From Pelagibacteraceae bacterium AG-422-N09 (GTDB lineage: Bacteria > Pseudomonadota > Alphaproteobacteria > Pelagibacterales > AG-422-B15), in NCBI GenBank assembly GCA_003213515.1, contig QCMV01000008.1, positions 3,914 through 67,913 of the forward strand: a stretch of DNA of 64,000 nt, written 5' to 3'. Below, piece after piece: positions 36,549-48,530 of the stretch. The notes beneath the pieces are model-generated. The model was not told where the DNA came from. It did no database searches and worked only from the letters and a program-made list of their open reading frames with translations. The stretch's first letter is position 1; each line of letters begins with the position of its first letter. Position numbers and translations under genes: made by a program.

Positions 36549-36771
36549 CTGCTAAGCAGTTTTAACAGCAATAGAGATTGAGAAGTGCTATTCTCAGCTA
36601 AATGATTTTCTAAATTTCTATTCAATTGTGTCACTAAATTCAATCGCACTTCCTACTTATTTGAGATAACTCGATAATTATATGAAAATTCTTTATTTTT
36701 CAATGTATTAGTAAAAAAACCTAATTTTCTGCCATAAATCTGGGATATTAAGAAACTGAAGTTTGGTTAAA

Positions 36772-37800
<1,029 letters not shown>

Positions 37801-38307
37801 TTACATCTTTTCTGTTCCGCGTGCAATAGCTACTACGCCAGTTCTTGATACTTCAGAAAGACCTAATGGCTTCATTAAATCGATAAAAGCATCAATTTTT
37901 CTTGGAGAACCATTCAATTCAAAGACGAAAGAGTCGTGTGTTGTGTCTATTACTTTGGCTCTAAATACATCAGATAACCGCATTGACTCTACTCTTTTTT
38001 CTCCAGTCGAAACAATTTTGACTAAGGCCATCTCCCGTTCAATACCTTGTTTCTCAAATGTCACATTTACTGCTCTTTTTACCGGTACAATTCTTTGCAA
38101 TTGGCTAATCATTTTATTTACAGTTTCTTCTGTGCCTGGTGCTACAATTGTAATCCTTGAAATATGCTTTTCTGCATCTACTTCGGCAACTGTAAGACTA
38201 TCAATGTTGTACCCTCTACCTGAAATTAAACCGATTACTCTAGCAAGCACACCTGGTTCGTTATCGACAAGAACTGATACAGTATGTTTTGAGATTAATT
38301 CACTCAT
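37801..38307 (-). CDS. ilvH: Acetolactate synthase small (regulatory) subunit
   Basis: 168-aa ACT-domain ORF (HTVSVLVDNEPGVLARV). Its ATG shares one base with the large-subunit TAA. Confidence 0.9.
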   Translation of the reverse strand: MSELISKHTVSVLVDNEPGVLARVIGLISGRGYNIDSLTVAEVDAEKHISRITIVAPGTEETVNKMISQLQRIVPVKRAVNVTFEKQGIEREMALVKIVSTGEKRVESMRLSDVFRAKVIDTTHDSFVFELNGSPRKIDAFIDLMKPLGLSEVSRTGVVAIARGTEKM

Positions 38308-40076
38308 TACACTAATACTTTTCCTTCATCTGAAATCTCTTCCTTTTCTGTTTCATCACCAAGCAACATTTCATTGTGGGCCTTACCAGATGGTATCATT
38401 GGAAAAACATTTTCGTTTTCATCAACTATACAGTCAAATATTACAGGTCCATCATAATCAATCATTTCATTTATTGCCTTGTCAAGTTCACTCGGATTTT
38501 GGGCCCTTATACCCTTAGCGCCGTAAGCTTCAGCAAGCTTTACAAAATCAGGTAAAGCATCTGTATAGCTGTGAGAGTATCTTTTGTCGTGAAGAAGTTC
38601 TTGCCACTGCCTTACCATCCCCATGTATTGATTATTAATAATGAAAATCTTTACAGGTAGTTTGTGTTGAATAGCTGTCGACATTTCTTGTATACACATC
38701 AATATTGAAGCTTCTCCTGCAATATCAATTACGAGTTTATCGGGATGAGCAACTTGAGCACCTATCGCAGCAGGCAAGCCAAAGCCCATAGTACCTAAAC
38801 CTCCAGATGTAATCCATCTATTAGGTCTATTAAATTTGTAATATTGCGCAGCCCACATTTGATGCTGGCCAACCTCAGTGGTTACAAAGACATCTTTTTC
38901 TTTAGTCAGCTCATACAATCTTTGTATTGCATATTGCGGCTTAATCGTTTTTTTATCCTCATTAAACCCTAATGAGTCTATTTCTTTCCATTTATCTATT
39001 TGTTTCCACCAGTCTTTTATCTGAGATTTATTAACTTTATAAACTTTTGATTTCCATAGCTTAATGGCATCTTCAAGCACATGTGCAACATCACCAACCA
39101 AAGCAACATCTACATCGACAACCTTATTAATTGATGATGGATCAATATCGATATGGATTTTTTTTGAATTTGGAGAAAATTCATCAATTTTTCCAGTAAT
39201 TCTATCATCAAAACGTGCGCCAATGTTTATCATGAGGTCACATTTATTCATCGCCATGTTAGCTTCGTATGTACCGTGCATGCCAAGCATTCCTACAAAC
39301 TGAGTATCATCACCTGGAAACGCACCAAGTCCTTGAAGGGTGGATGTAATTGGAAAACCAGTAAGACGAACAAACTCTCTTAGTAGTTGAACGGCTGCAT
39401 TTCCTGAATTGATTACTCCCCCTCCAGTATAAAAGATTGGCTTTTCAGCTTCTGCGATTAACTTTAGAGCATCATCAATATTATCAATGTTTGCTTTTAA
39501 TTTTGGCCTATAGGACTTATGTTTAATTGTATCAGGCCCAATGTATGTTCCAGTCTGAAATTGAATATCTTTGGGTATATCAACGAGAACAGGTCCAGGT
39601 CTGCCGCTTGAAGCTACATAAAAAGCTTCGTGTAAAATTCGAGATAGATCACTTATATCCTTAACTAGCCAATTATGCTTAGTGCATGGACGCGTAATTC
39701 CAACCGCATCACATTCCTGAAATGCATCCGTTCCAATTAAGTGAGTAGGAACTTGTCCACTAATACAAACAAGAGGAATTGAATCCATCATAGCATCAGT
39801 TAATCCAGTCACTGCGTTAGTAACTCCAGGGCCTGAAGTAACTAACATTACTCCAACTTTGCCACTTGACCTTGCATACCCTTCAGCAGCATGGGATGCA
39901 CCTTGTTCATGCCTTACTAAAAAATGGCGTATTTGATGGTTTGTATCCTTAGATTTTGCTAATTCATCATATATCGGCAAAACTGCTCCACCAGGGTAGC
40001 CAAAAATTGTATCAACTTGTTGGTCTTCCAAGGCCTTCAGAACCATTTGTGCGCCAGTCATTTGCATATTAACCAT
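38307..40076 (-). CDS. ilvB: Acetolactate synthase large subunit
   Basis: 589-aa ThDP enzyme with [16 protein letters not shown] and the downstream [12 protein letters not shown]. Confidence 0.93.
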   Translation of the reverse strand: MVNMQMTGAQMVLKALEDQQVDTIFGYPGGAVLPIYDELAKSKDTNHQIRHFLVRHEQGASHAAEGYARSSGKVGVMLVTSGPGVTNAVTGLTDAMMDSIPLVCISGQVPTHLIGTDAFQECDAVGITRPCTKHNWLVKDISDLSRILHEAFYVASSGRPGPVLVDIPKDIQFQTGTYIGPDTIKHKSYRPKLKANIDNIDDALKLIAEAEKPIFYTGGGVINSGNAAVQLLREFVRLTGFPITSTLQGLGAFPGDDTQFVGMLGMHGTYEANMAMNKCDLMINIGARFDDRITGKIDEFSPNSKKIHIDIDPSSINKVVDVDVALVGDVAHVLEDAIKLWKSKVYKVNKSQIKDWWKQIDKWKEIDSLGFNEDKKTIKPQYAIQRLYELTKEKDVFVTTEVGQHQMWAAQYYKFNRPNRWITSGGLGTMGFGLPAAIGAQVAHPDKLVIDIAGEASILMCIQEMSTAIQHKLPVKIFIINNQYMGMVRQWQELLHDKRYSHSYTDALPDFVKLAEAYGAKGIRAQNPSELDKAINEMIDYDGPVIFDCIVDENENVFPMIPSGKAHNEMLLGDETEKEEISDEGKVLV

Positions 40077-40169
40077 AAATTATACCCCTAATAAGAAATG
40101 ACGTTTTATGGAGATTTACTTAATAAGTCAAATATTTTAAATATATGAAAAGAATATTTTATATATAAT

Positions 40170-41048
40170 TTATAAATATTTCTCGATATCAACATTTTGG
40201 GTAATATTATTACCTTTTATCCACGTTTCTTGTCTTTTGATATAATTTCTAGTGTTTTTCTTCATTATACTTTTAGCCTCATCTAAACTGACTTTTCCTT
40301 CAATAAAGTTACTTATCTCACGAACTCCAATTGCCTTCATAATTGATAATTCAGGGTTATAATTTTTCTCAATTAAAGATTGAACCTCAGCGACAGCACC
40401 ATCTCTAAACATATTTTCAACTCTTTGAGCAGCTAATTTATATAACTTCTCACGTAAATTGCCAGTTAGGATCAATCTATAGTTTACATTATCAATTATT
40501 TTGTTTGGATTAAATTGCCATTCTTCTAAAACCTTTCCAGTCTGAAGAAATAGGGAATAACTTCGCATTATTCTTTGTTTATCATTTGAATTAATTTTTG
40601 TGCCTGGATATTTAGTTAAGATTTTTTTGTATAAATGATCAAGACCATTGGTTTCTAAATCCAGCTTTGCTTGTTCTTCTATATTTTTTTTTATAGAAGG
40701 AATTTCTGAAATTCCGTCCATCAAGGCCTTTAAATACAAACCAGTTCCACCTACAACAATTGGAAGCAACTTATTATCAAAACAATTATTAATTTCATGA
40801 GCTGCTTTTTCTAGCCAAATAGCTGCTGAACAACTTTCACTTCCTTTGAGCATTCCATAAAGACGATGGTCAAATTTTTTACATGTCTTATCGTCTGGTC
40901 TATCAGTTAGTATTTTAAGATCTTTGTATACTTGTAGACTATCAAAATTAATTATTGCTGATTTTTGTTTAGAAGCAATTTTAGTTGCAAGCTTTGACTT
41001 TCCACTTGCAGTGGGACCAAAGATAACCAGTATGTCCCTTTTTTCCAT
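40170..41048 (-). CDS. miaA: tRNA dimethylallyltransferase
   Basis: 292-aa ORF with the P-loop GPTASGKS and IVGGTGLY. Confidence 0.9.
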   Translation of the reverse strand: MEKRDILVIFGPTASGKSKLATKIASKQKSAIINFDSLQVYKDLKILTDRPDDKTCKKFDHRLYGMLKGSESCSAAIWLEKAAHEINNCFDNKLLPIVVGGTGLYLKALMDGISEIPSIKKNIEEQAKLDLETNGLDHLYKKILTKYPGTKINSNDKQRIMRSYSLFLQTGKVLEEWQFNPNKIIDNVNYRLILTGNLREKLYKLAAQRVENMFRDGAVAEVQSLIEKNYNPELSIMKAIGVREISNFIEGKVSLDEAKSIMKKNTRNYIKRQETWIKGNNITQNVDIEKYL

Positions 41049-41053
41049 TTTGA

Positions 41054-42457
41054 TTAATCGAGAGACAATCTTGCGCCTATATATTTTTTAGAATTAGGAC
41101 CAGAATAGAAAACAATCAAAACATTTTCTTTTCCTTGAGAAACGACCTCGTCAATTATTTGTAATACTTCCCCAGATGTTTTCACTGATCTATTTTGAAT
41201 TTCAATGATAATGTCGTCTTTTTTAATATTTTGTCGTATTAGGAAAGAGTCATTATTGATTTCAGATATAATTACCCCTTGTAATGTTTTAGATAAATCC
41301 AATCTGGATTTGTCTTCATCTGTCAATGTTCTGACTTTTATTCCTAGTTCTTTTATTAAAACAGCTGATCCATTATTTTCAATTGAGGCAAGTTCCTCAA
41401 GAGACGGCTGTTTGCCTAGATTTACAAATAACTGAACTTCTTTTTCATCCCGCCAGACAACAACCTTGGTAGATTGACCAATATCTGCTTCAGCCACCAG
41501 TTTTGGAAGTGTTTGAACAGACTCTACTTCTTTACCATTGAACTCAATAATGATATCGCCCTCATTAACGCCGCCTTTAAGTGCTGGGCTATCTGTAGTT
41601 AAACCTTGAACTAAGGCACCATAAGTTTTACCAAGACCCAAACTCTCGGCAATTTCATCAGTTACTTCTTGTATTCTTACTCCCAACCAGGCTCTTTCAA
41701 TTTCTCCTGTTTCTTGCAGTTGCTGTATAATATTATTTGCAAGATTTGATGGAATAGCAAAACCAATTCCAATAGATCCACCGCTTGGAGAAATGATCAT
41801 TGAATTCACTCCAATCACCTTTCCATCTAAATCAAATAATGGTCCTCCTGAATTGCCCCTATTTATAGATGCATCAGTTTGTATAAAGTCATCATATCTA
41901 CCACCAAGCATTCTACCTCTTGCAGAAACTATACCTGCTGTAACTGTTCCTCCTAGTCCATGTGGATTACCGATTGCCATTACCCAATTACCTACTTTTG
42001 CAGTGTCTGAGTCACCAAACTCTAAAAACGGAAGGTTATTTGCTTCAACTTTCAAAAGTGCTAAATCTGTCTCAGCATCAGAAGCAATCAATTCGGCTTC
42101 TAATTTTAATCCATCTGTAAAAGTAACTTGTATGTCTGAAGCGTTCTCTACAACATGATTATTTGTAACAATAAAACCATCCGCAGAAATCACAAAGCCT
42201 GAACCTAATGAACTAAATTCTCTTTCTGATGGTTCCGGGCTAGGCATGTTAAATGGAAAATTAAAAAAATCTTCAATCGATGGAACTTGTGGCCCTGTAT
42301 TTTCAATTACACCTGTAGTTGAAATGTTAACAACTGAGGGTGAAACTCTCTCAGCTAAATCAGAAAAGGTATCAGGTCCATTAAAGCTTAAAGATTGAAA
42401 AGTAGAACAAATAAGCAAAAAAAAGACGACTGGTATAATTTTGATATCTAATTTCAT
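41054..42457 (-). CDS. degP: Periplasmic Do/DegP-family serine endoprotease
   Basis: 467-aa ORF with a signal peptide, a trypsin-like domain carrying TNNHV and GNSGGPL, and two PDZ-like C-terminal segments. Confidence 0.9.
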   Translation of the reverse strand: MKLDIKIIPVVFFLLICSTFQSLSFNGPDTFSDLAERVSPSVVNISTTGVIENTGPQVPSIEDFFNFPFNMPSPEPSEREFSSLGSGFVISADGFIVTNNHVVENASDIQVTFTDGLKLEAELIASDAETDLALLKVEANNLPFLEFGDSDTAKVGNWVMAIGNPHGLGGTVTAGIVSARGRMLGGRYDDFIQTDASINRGNSGGPLFDLDGKVIGVNSMIISPSGGSIGIGFAIPSNLANNIIQQLQETGEIERAWLGVRIQEVTDEIAESLGLGKTYGALVQGLTTDSPALKGGVNEGDIIIEFNGKEVESVQTLPKLVAEADIGQSTKVVVWRDEKEVQLFVNLGKQPSLEELASIENNGSAVLIKELGIKVRTLTDEDKSRLDLSKTLQGVIISEINNDSFLIRQNIKKDDIIIEIQNRSVKTSGEVLQIIDEVVSQGKENVLIVFYSGPNSKKYIGARLSLD

Positions 42458-42642
42458 CTAACTGCAGTCCATAACATTAGAAATCCTACTATTGCTGATG
42501 CAAGACCTCCCCATTTTAAGGTATCATTGTTCATCTCTAACATAGATCTGATCATATTCTTCATTCTATTAGGAAATAAGGCATAAAGAAGGCCCTCTAT
42601 AATTAAAAGTAATCCGAGAGAACCTAATATAAATTGAATCAT
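42454..42642 (-). CDS. Small two-TM membrane protein (DUF2065-like)
   Basis: 62-aa hydrophobic ORF whose stop overlaps the degP start by 4 nt. The hflK-hflC-small membrane protein-degP order is a conserved proteobacterial arrangement. Confidence 0.55.
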   Translation of the reverse strand: MIQFILGSLGLLLIIEGLLYALFPNRMKNMIRSMLEMNNDTLKWGGLASAIVGFLMLWTAVR

Positions 42643-42662
42643 TTTAGGAAAGTTAAATATTT

Positions 42663-43523
42663 TTACTCAGAGTAAGTTCCAAAATATTGAAAGAATTCAC
42701 TTTCAGGAGACAAGATCATAGTGGTATCTGAACTTTTCAGACCTTCTGCATATGCCTGCATTGCTCTATAGAAAGCAAAAAATTCAGGGTCTTTTCCAAA
42801 TGCATCCGCAAAAATTTTATTAGCCATTCCATCACCTTCACCTCGAATTATGTTGGCTTCTTTCTCTGCCTGTGACTTTATAATCGTAACTTCCTTATCA
42901 GCCGTTGAACGAATTTTTTGAGCCATTTCTGCACCTTTTGCTCTGAACTCTCTAGCTTCACGTTCACGTTCAGTTTGCATTCTGCCAAAAATTGCCTGGC
43001 TATTTGCTTCAGGTAAATCAGCTCGTTTTATTCTTACATCCACAATCTCTATTCCAAAATTCTTCACCTCGGCTTCAGCTAATGACGTAATTTGTTTCAT
43101 TAGTTTTGAACGATCATCTGATAATACGGCGGATAAAGGTTCTTCACCTAAAACGCCCCTAATTCTTGAATTAACAACCGCAGAAATTCTTGATCTAGCA
43201 ACATTTTCATTACCAAATGCCTTATAGAACTCTAAAACGTCAACAATTTTAAATTTAACATAAGCGTCAACAATAAGTCTTTTTTGATCAGATGCGATTA
43301 CCTCAGCGGCAGGGGCATCAATGTCTAGAATGCGATTATCAATAAATATCACATTTTGAATGAATGGTATTTTAAAATTAAGACCCGGTTCAGTGATTAC
43401 TCTTTTTGGATCACCAAACTGCAATACGATTGCATTTTTTACTTCAAGTACTGTGAACAAGGTGAAATAAGCAACTATTGCTATAAATCCTAAAACTATC
43501 AATGATACTCTTGTAGTACTCAT
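42663..43523 (-). CDS. hflC: Protease modulator HflC
   Basis: 286-aa SPFH/band-7 ORF with an N-terminal anchor, directly after hflK. Confidence 0.9.
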   Translation of the reverse strand: MSTTRVSLIVLGFIAIVAYFTLFTVLEVKNAIVLQFGDPKRVITEPGLNFKIPFIQNVIFIDNRILDIDAPAAEVIASDQKRLIVDAYVKFKIVDVLEFYKAFGNENVARSRISAVVNSRIRGVLGEEPLSAVLSDDRSKLMKQITSLAEAEVKNFGIEIVDVRIKRADLPEANSQAIFGRMQTEREREAREFRAKGAEMAQKIRSTADKEVTIIKSQAEKEANIIRGEGDGMANKIFADAFGKDPEFFAFYRAMQAYAEGLKSSDTTMILSPESEFFQYFGTYSE

Positions 43524-43525
43524 AA

Positions 43526-44599
43526 TTAATCCTGTGACTTCTTGCTTAATTCTGGAAGAGGTAAATAAGGAACAACTGAGTCACCTCCAGCTTTATCAAT
43601 AATAACTTTGTCCATATCGGAGAATACATCTTCCATTGTCTCATAAAATATTCTTTTCTTTGTGACTTGAGGAGCTTTTGCGTACTCTGTTTGAATTGAA
43701 AGGAACCTTGCTGCCTTACCTTCACTATCAGCTATAACTTTTTGTCTATAACCTTCAGCAGATTGAAGAATTTGCTCCGCCTCACCTCTTGCTCTTGGAA
43801 TTATATCGTTAGCATATGCCTCTGCTTCATTTCTTTGTCGTTCCATATCTGCCCGTGCAGCTTGTACATCTCTAAATGCGTCAATTACCTGTGCTGGTGG
43901 GTCAGCCTTTTGAGTTTGTACTTGTGTTATTGTAATTCCTGTACCGTATTCGTCTAAAATTTCTTGAATAATCGTTCTAGTTTGCTCCTCTATTTCTGTT
44001 CTTCCTTCTGTCAGAATGGATTGCAGACCACCTTGCCCGATAGACTCTCTCATTGCAGTCTCTGCAGCACTTTTCACAGTAAGTTCAGGAGCTTGAACAT
44101 TAAATAAAAATTTACCCGCATCATTGATTAACCAGAATACTGAAAAGTCAATGTCAACAATATTTTCGTCACCTGTTAACATTAGGCTTTCTTCTTCTAC
44201 ATCTCTAATCGCAGTAACTCTTGAATCCGGACTTTGTCTGTAACCAACATCTATTCTATTTATTTTGGTTACTTTTGGAGTAAATACACGCTCTATTGGA
44301 TACGGCAAGTGATAGTTTAGTCCAGGTTGTGTGGTTTTGGTATACTTTCCGAATTGTAAAACCACGCCCTGCTCGTCCGGTAAAACTCTGTAAAAACCAC
44401 TCGCTAGCCATATAAGTATTAATATGCCAATGATGACCATTGGTCCTAACTTTCCAAAAAAAGAACCTGGCATCATTCCTTTGAAACGATTCTGTGCATT
44501 GCGGATTACATCATCCATGTTGGGACCTGGACCACGTCTACCGCTTCCATTTCCCGAAGAACCCCAAGGATCGTTATTGTTATTATCAGACCAAGACAT
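43526..44599 (-). CDS. hflK: Protease modulator HflK
   Basis: 357-aa ORF with a Gly/Asn-rich N-terminus (DPWGSSGNGSGRRGPGP), a TM helix and an SPFH domain. Confidence 0.9.
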   Translation of the reverse strand: MSWSDNNNNDPWGSSGNGSGRRGPGPNMDDVIRNAQNRFKGMMPGSFFGKLGPMVIIGILILIWLASGFYRVLPDEQGVVLQFGKYTKTTQPGLNYHLPYPIERVFTPKVTKINRIDVGYRQSPDSRVTAIRDVEEESLMLTGDENIVDIDFSVFWLINDAGKFLFNVQAPELTVKSAAETAMRESIGQGGLQSILTEGRTEIEEQTRTIIQEILDEYGTGITITQVQTQKADPPAQVIDAFRDVQAARADMERQRNEAEAYANDIIPRARGEAEQILQSAEGYRQKVIADSEGKAARFLSIQTEYAKAPQVTKKRIFYETMEDVFSDMDKVIIDKAGGDSVVPYLPLPELSKKSQD

Positions 44600-44705
44600 A
44601 TAATTTAGAATTATTACCTATATATGGTAAAAATGCTTAAAAGCAATTATTTACACTTATACTATGGTATATTGTAATTAATTACGTAAATACAAGATCA
44701 AAAAA

Positions 44706-45791
44706 ATGGCAGAAACTCTAGAAAATCAAGCTTTACACCTCCTTGGACAAGTTGTTAACGAAGATGCGGGAGAAAACATAGTGGCTCTCGGTATGGTTAA
44801 AAATGTATCTGTGAGTGAGGGAAAGATAGATTGTATTATTGAATTCAAAGAAAATGACCAGAAAAAAAATGAAAAGATTTTTGATGATGCCCAAAGAGCC
44901 CTGAAAGAGATTCCAGGTGTAACTAAAGTTAATATCATTACAACCTTACATAAGGAAAATTCAACACATGCAAATGATGAAGTGAATTCAGACAACAAAA
45001 CAAATAGCGTTGGCACTAATCAAATTAAATATATTCTCGCAGTTGCTTCAGGAAAAGGAGGAGTCGGTAAATCAACAGTCGCATCAAATCTTGCGTGCGC
45101 GTTTAAATCACTTGGTTTAAAAACCTGTTTACTTGATGCTGATATTTATGGTCCTTCAATTCCCAAAATGATTGGGATTAATGAAAAGCCTCATTCTGAT
45201 GGACAAAAAATTGAAACAATCAATCGATATGGACTATCGACAATGTCAATGGGTTACATGGTAAATGATGAAAATCCCATCATCTGGAGAGGCCTCATGG
45301 TCATGAAAGCAATTAATGAAATGATTGATAAAGTAAATTGGGGAGCTGCCGATATTATGGTCATTGATTTGCCTCCAGGCACAGGTGATGTTCAACTGTC
45401 TCTGATTCAGAAACTAAAAATCTCTGGAAGTTTAATAGTTACTACACCTCAAGATATTGCTTTAATTGATGTAATCAGAGGTTTAAAGATGTTTGAAAAA
45501 ACTAAAGTCCCCATTCTTGGCATTGTTGAAAACATGAGTTACTTCTTGGCACCTGATACAGGTAAAGAATATAAGCTGTACGGCGAAAGCAAAACAAATG
45601 AAGTTGCTGAAAAATATGATTATGAAATACTCGCAAATCTTCCTCATGATCCATTGCTTCTTGAGCAATGCGAAAAAGGTCACCCTCTTACAGATTTAGT
45701 GCCAGATCATAAAGTCAGCCAAATGTTTATTGAATTGGCTGAGAATTTATTAAAACGATTAAAATTAGAACAATTAGCAAATACTAACTAA
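44706..45791 (+). CDS. apbC: Fe-S cluster carrier ATPase (Mrp/ApbC/NBP35 family)
   Basis: 361-aa ORF with an N-terminal MIP18/DUF59-like region, the deviant Walker [12 protein letters not shown], and DLPPGTGD. Confidence 0.88.
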   Translation: MAETLENQALHLLGQVVNEDAGENIVALGMVKNVSVSEGKIDCIIEFKENDQKKNEKIFDDAQRALKEIPGVTKVNIITTLHKENSTHANDEVNSDNKTNSVGTNQIKYILAVASGKGGVGKSTVASNLACAFKSLGLKTCLLDADIYGPSIPKMIGINEKPHSDGQKIETINRYGLSTMSMGYMVNDENPIIWRGLMVMKAINEMIDKVNWGAADIMVIDLPPGTGDVQLSLIQKLKISGSLIVTTPQDIALIDVIRGLKMFEKTKVPILGIVENMSYFLAPDTGKEYKLYGESKTNEVAEKYDYEILANLPHDPLLLEQCEKGHPLTDLVPDHKVSQMFIELAENLLKRLKLEQLANTN

Positions 45792-46719
45792 TTTCAAACT
45801 TTCTTTGCAGTTCGCTCCATTCTCTTTTAGACAGACCTTCTTCTTCAAAAGATACTTTCTCGCCTTTTAGAAGTTTTCTCATCAGATTGACCTCTTTGGC
45901 GGAGAGTTCTGTTCCACCAATTCTATAATCTTCAAATGCTTCGTAAGTAAGAGGAACCCATTTTTTTACAATATCTAACATGGCATCCGCATAAACACGT
46001 ATTTCATACTGCGCATGGTCATCAGCTCTTAGAGCAAGAAAGTGCAATAAATTATTCAGGTCAATCTTCCAGTACCATTGTGTATAGGTATTGAGGGTAA
46101 GATTCATTCGAGCCAATTCTCTTGCAATTCCAGATTTACTTTCATCAATTATGTTGCCCTCAGAACTTTCGTTTAATAACGTTTCATAATTAGAATATGT
46201 CTGCTCTGCATCCTTTTTTAGTATTTGTATAACATTAGAAGCTTCATCATCTGTTAACGCATCACCTCTACCCTGATTATTGATTGCCGACTGTGCTGCT
46301 AGGTTTTCTGCTGAAGGAATATAGAACTCTTTATCAAGAATTGAGTAGCGAGCCGAGTACTCATTAACGTTTGCCGTTCTGTGTCGTATCCATTGTCGAG
46401 CAATGAAAATTGGAAGTTTAATATGAAATTTAATTTCACACATTTCAAAAGGGGTTGAATGACGGTGCCTCATCAAATATTTAATAAGCCCTTTGTCATT
46501 TGAAATCTTCTTTGTGCCTTTACCATATGATACTCTTGCCGACTGCACTATTGAACTGTCATCCCCCATATAATCAATGACACGAATAAAGCCATGATCG
46601 AGCACTTCTATTGGCTTGTACAAAACTGCTTCTAATTCAGGAGCTGTAACACGAGCTGTTTCCGATATTTCAGACCTTAAGGCTTCAATTTCATCAAGTT
46701 GTTCTTTGTTTACCGGCAT
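45784..46719 (-). CDS. thyX: FAD-dependent thymidylate synthase
   Basis: 311-aa ORF with the ThyX motif RHR....E.S.RY ([16 protein letters not shown]) and an upstream RHRHSTPFE. Confidence 0.88.
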   Translation of the reverse strand: MPVNKEQLDEIEALRSEISETARVTAPELEAVLYKPIEVLDHGFIRVIDYMGDDSSIVQSARVSYGKGTKKISNDKGLIKYLMRHRHSTPFEMCEIKFHIKLPIFIARQWIRHRTANVNEYSARYSILDKEFYIPSAENLAAQSAINNQGRGDALTDDEASNVIQILKKDAEQTYSNYETLLNESSEGNIIDESKSGIARELARMNLTLNTYTQWYWKIDLNNLLHFLALRADDHAQYEIRVYADAMLDIVKKWVPLTYEAFEDYRIGGTELSAKEVNLMRKLLKGEKVSFEEEGLSKREWSELQRKFEIS

Positions 46720-46800
46720 TTTTTTGAATCAAATAATAAACACATACTATATTAAGATTACTCTCTTTAAAAAGTCTCAATATCCAACTATATTCAGATT

Positions 46801-47060
46801 GCTGGGGATATCCCAGCTATAGGGATAAACGGCTTGCGTAATACCCATTACGGACCCGGGGGCGGTACCCGGCACCTCCACCATAAATTAGGGGGTGATA
46901 TAGGATCGACGAATGCTTAAAGGTAAGTTTTTCTCTCGGTATTGTACCACCGTTATCGGGCTATTTTATAAATGCTAACGATGAATTAGCGCTCGCTGCT
47001 TAATCTAATTAGGTAAGCGCGGTTCGGGAGGCACCGGGCAACAGAAGTCTCCCACTTTTA
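46801..47060 (+). ncRNA. ssrA: Two-piece (circularly permuted) tmRNA gene
   Basis: The acceptor piece ends ...ccggg-ggcggta-cccgg (T-arm analogue) cacctccACCA at 46883. A 7-nt spacer follows. The coding piece starts at 46891 with GGGGGTGATATAGGATCGACGAA, compared with GGGGCUGAUUCUGGAUUCGACG in E. coli. The two acceptor strands pair with a G-U at the third position, the alanine identity element. The tag reading frame is 46974-47003: GCT AAC GAT GAA TTA GCG CTC GCT GCT TAA, giving ANDELALAA. The outer boundaries are approximate. Confidence 0.85.
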
Positions 47061-47128
47061 GTCACTCGGCCTTTAAAAAAATTAAATCGTTACCATATGT
47101 ATATGTAAGGTAGTATACTACAATTCAA

Positions 47129-48523
47129 ATGAATCAAAAAACAAGACTAGAACAAGACAGTATCGGCAAAATAAAGGTTTCAAATAGTAATTTTTGGGGA
47201 GCTCAAACTCAAAGATCATTAAAGAATTTTAAAATTGGCAATAATTTAATGCCTATAGAAATTATACATGCACTAGTCACAATAAAAATGGCCTGCGCAA
47301 AAGTAAATCAAAAACAAAAGTCTTTAGCTCCTAAAATAGCAAATGCAATAATTAGTGCATCAAAAAATATTCTTACCGGGAAGCATGATGATCAATTCCC
47401 TCTTTCGGTTTGGCAGACTGGATCTGGAACTCAAACTAACATGAATGTAAATGAAGTCATCGCTAATCTTGCCAATAAAAAACTTACCGGAAAACTTGGA
47501 AAGAATAGTCCAGTTCACCCGAACGATCATGTCAACAAAAGTCAATCAACTAATGACAGTTTTCCATCTGCAATTAATATTGCGGCCTCAAAAAAAGTTA
47601 CAGATGAACTTATTCCGGCTTTAAATGAAATGGAAAAAACTTTAGGTAGCCAGTCTAAGAAATGGAAAAGTATCATCAAAATCGGAAGGACACACTTGCA
47701 AGACGCAACTCCCTTATCACTTGGACAAGAATTTTCAGGTTATCAATCTCAGATTGATATGAACATTAAACGACTGAAGACAGCCCTGATTAACTTAAAT
47801 TATTTAGCCCAAGGAGGGACGGCCGTTGGAACAGGTCTGAATACAAAAAAAGGGTTCGATAGACTTGTTGCAAATGAAATAAGTAAAATTAATAAAATTA
47901 AATTTAAACCTGCAAGCAATAAATTCCAAGCCTTGGCCTCTCATGACTCTCTTGTAGAACTATCGGGAGTATTAAATGTTATTGCAACGGATCTTTTCAA
48001 AATAGCAAATGACATTAGGCTGTTAGCTTCTGGACCAAGATCAGGTCTAGGAGAACTGAATTTACCTGAGAATGAACCTGGGTCATCTATAATGCCTGGT
48101 AAGGTAAATCCAACTCAAAGTGAAGCTTTAACAATGGCTTGTTTACAGGTTATGGGTAGTCATAACGTAATATCAATGGCAGGAACTCAAGGTCATTTTG
48201 AACTTAATGCATTTAAACCAGTAATTGGTTTTAACATAATTAATGCAATCAATTTATTATCCTCAGGGGTTACAAACTTTTGCGATAAGTGCCTAAAGGG
48301 AATTAAACCGAATTTAAGAAATATAAAAGAAGGTGTTGAGAATTCCTTAATGCTTGTAACCGCTCTTTCTCCTGAAATTGGATACGAAAAAGCTGCAGAA
48401 CTCGCAAAGCTTGCACATAAGAAAAATATTACGCTAATTGAGGCAAATAAAATCCTAAAATATATTGATGTAAGAAAGATGAAGTCTCTTCTCAATCCAT
48501 CAAAAATGATTTCTTCTTCATAG
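47129..48523 (+). CDS. fumC: Class II fumarate hydratase
   Basis: 464-aa ORF with the signature GSSIMPGKVNPTQSEA. Confidence 0.95.
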   Translation: MNQKTRLEQDSIGKIKVSNSNFWGAQTQRSLKNFKIGNNLMPIEIIHALVTIKMACAKVNQKQKSLAPKIANAIISASKNILTGKHDDQFPLSVWQTGSGTQTNMNVNEVIANLANKKLTGKLGKNSPVHPNDHVNKSQSTNDSFPSAINIAASKKVTDELIPALNEMEKTLGSQSKKWKSIIKIGRTHLQDATPLSLGQEFSGYQSQIDMNIKRLKTALINLNYLAQGGTAVGTGLNTKKGFDRLVANEISKINKIKFKPASNKFQALASHDSLVELSGVLNVIATDLFKIANDIRLLASGPRSGLGELNLPENEPGSSIMPGKVNPTQSEALTMACLQVMGSHNVISMAGTQGHFELNAFKPVIGFNIINAINLLSSGVTNFCDKCLKGIKPNLRNIKEGVENSLMLVTALSPEIGYEKAAELAKLAHKKNITLIEANKILKYIDVRKMKSLLNPSKMISSS

Positions 48524-48530
48524 TTCGTTC

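Noticed and set aside
36475-36771. Leucine-rich leader peptide for classical attenuation of leuA.
   Set aside because: No short ORF with consecutive Leu codons exists on the minus strand of the spacer. Only a 4-codon ATG-GCA-GAA-AAT-TAG ORF is present.
37943-38518. 191-aa plus-strand ORF. Other long antisense ORFs in the track are similar: 56053-56547 (164 aa), 41793-42158, 37470-37829, 63448-63795, 2482-2787, 44726-45016, 48193-48495 and many 60-80-aa ones.
   Set aside because: Each lies entirely inside, and antisense to, a gene with strong family motifs (ilvH/ilvB, lpxC, degP, ilvC, ftsW, the GcvT-like gene, mrp, fumC). Their translations are low-complexity, Ser/Leu/Phe/Ile-rich and lack recognisable motifs. 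They are typical shadow ORFs of AT-rich DNA.
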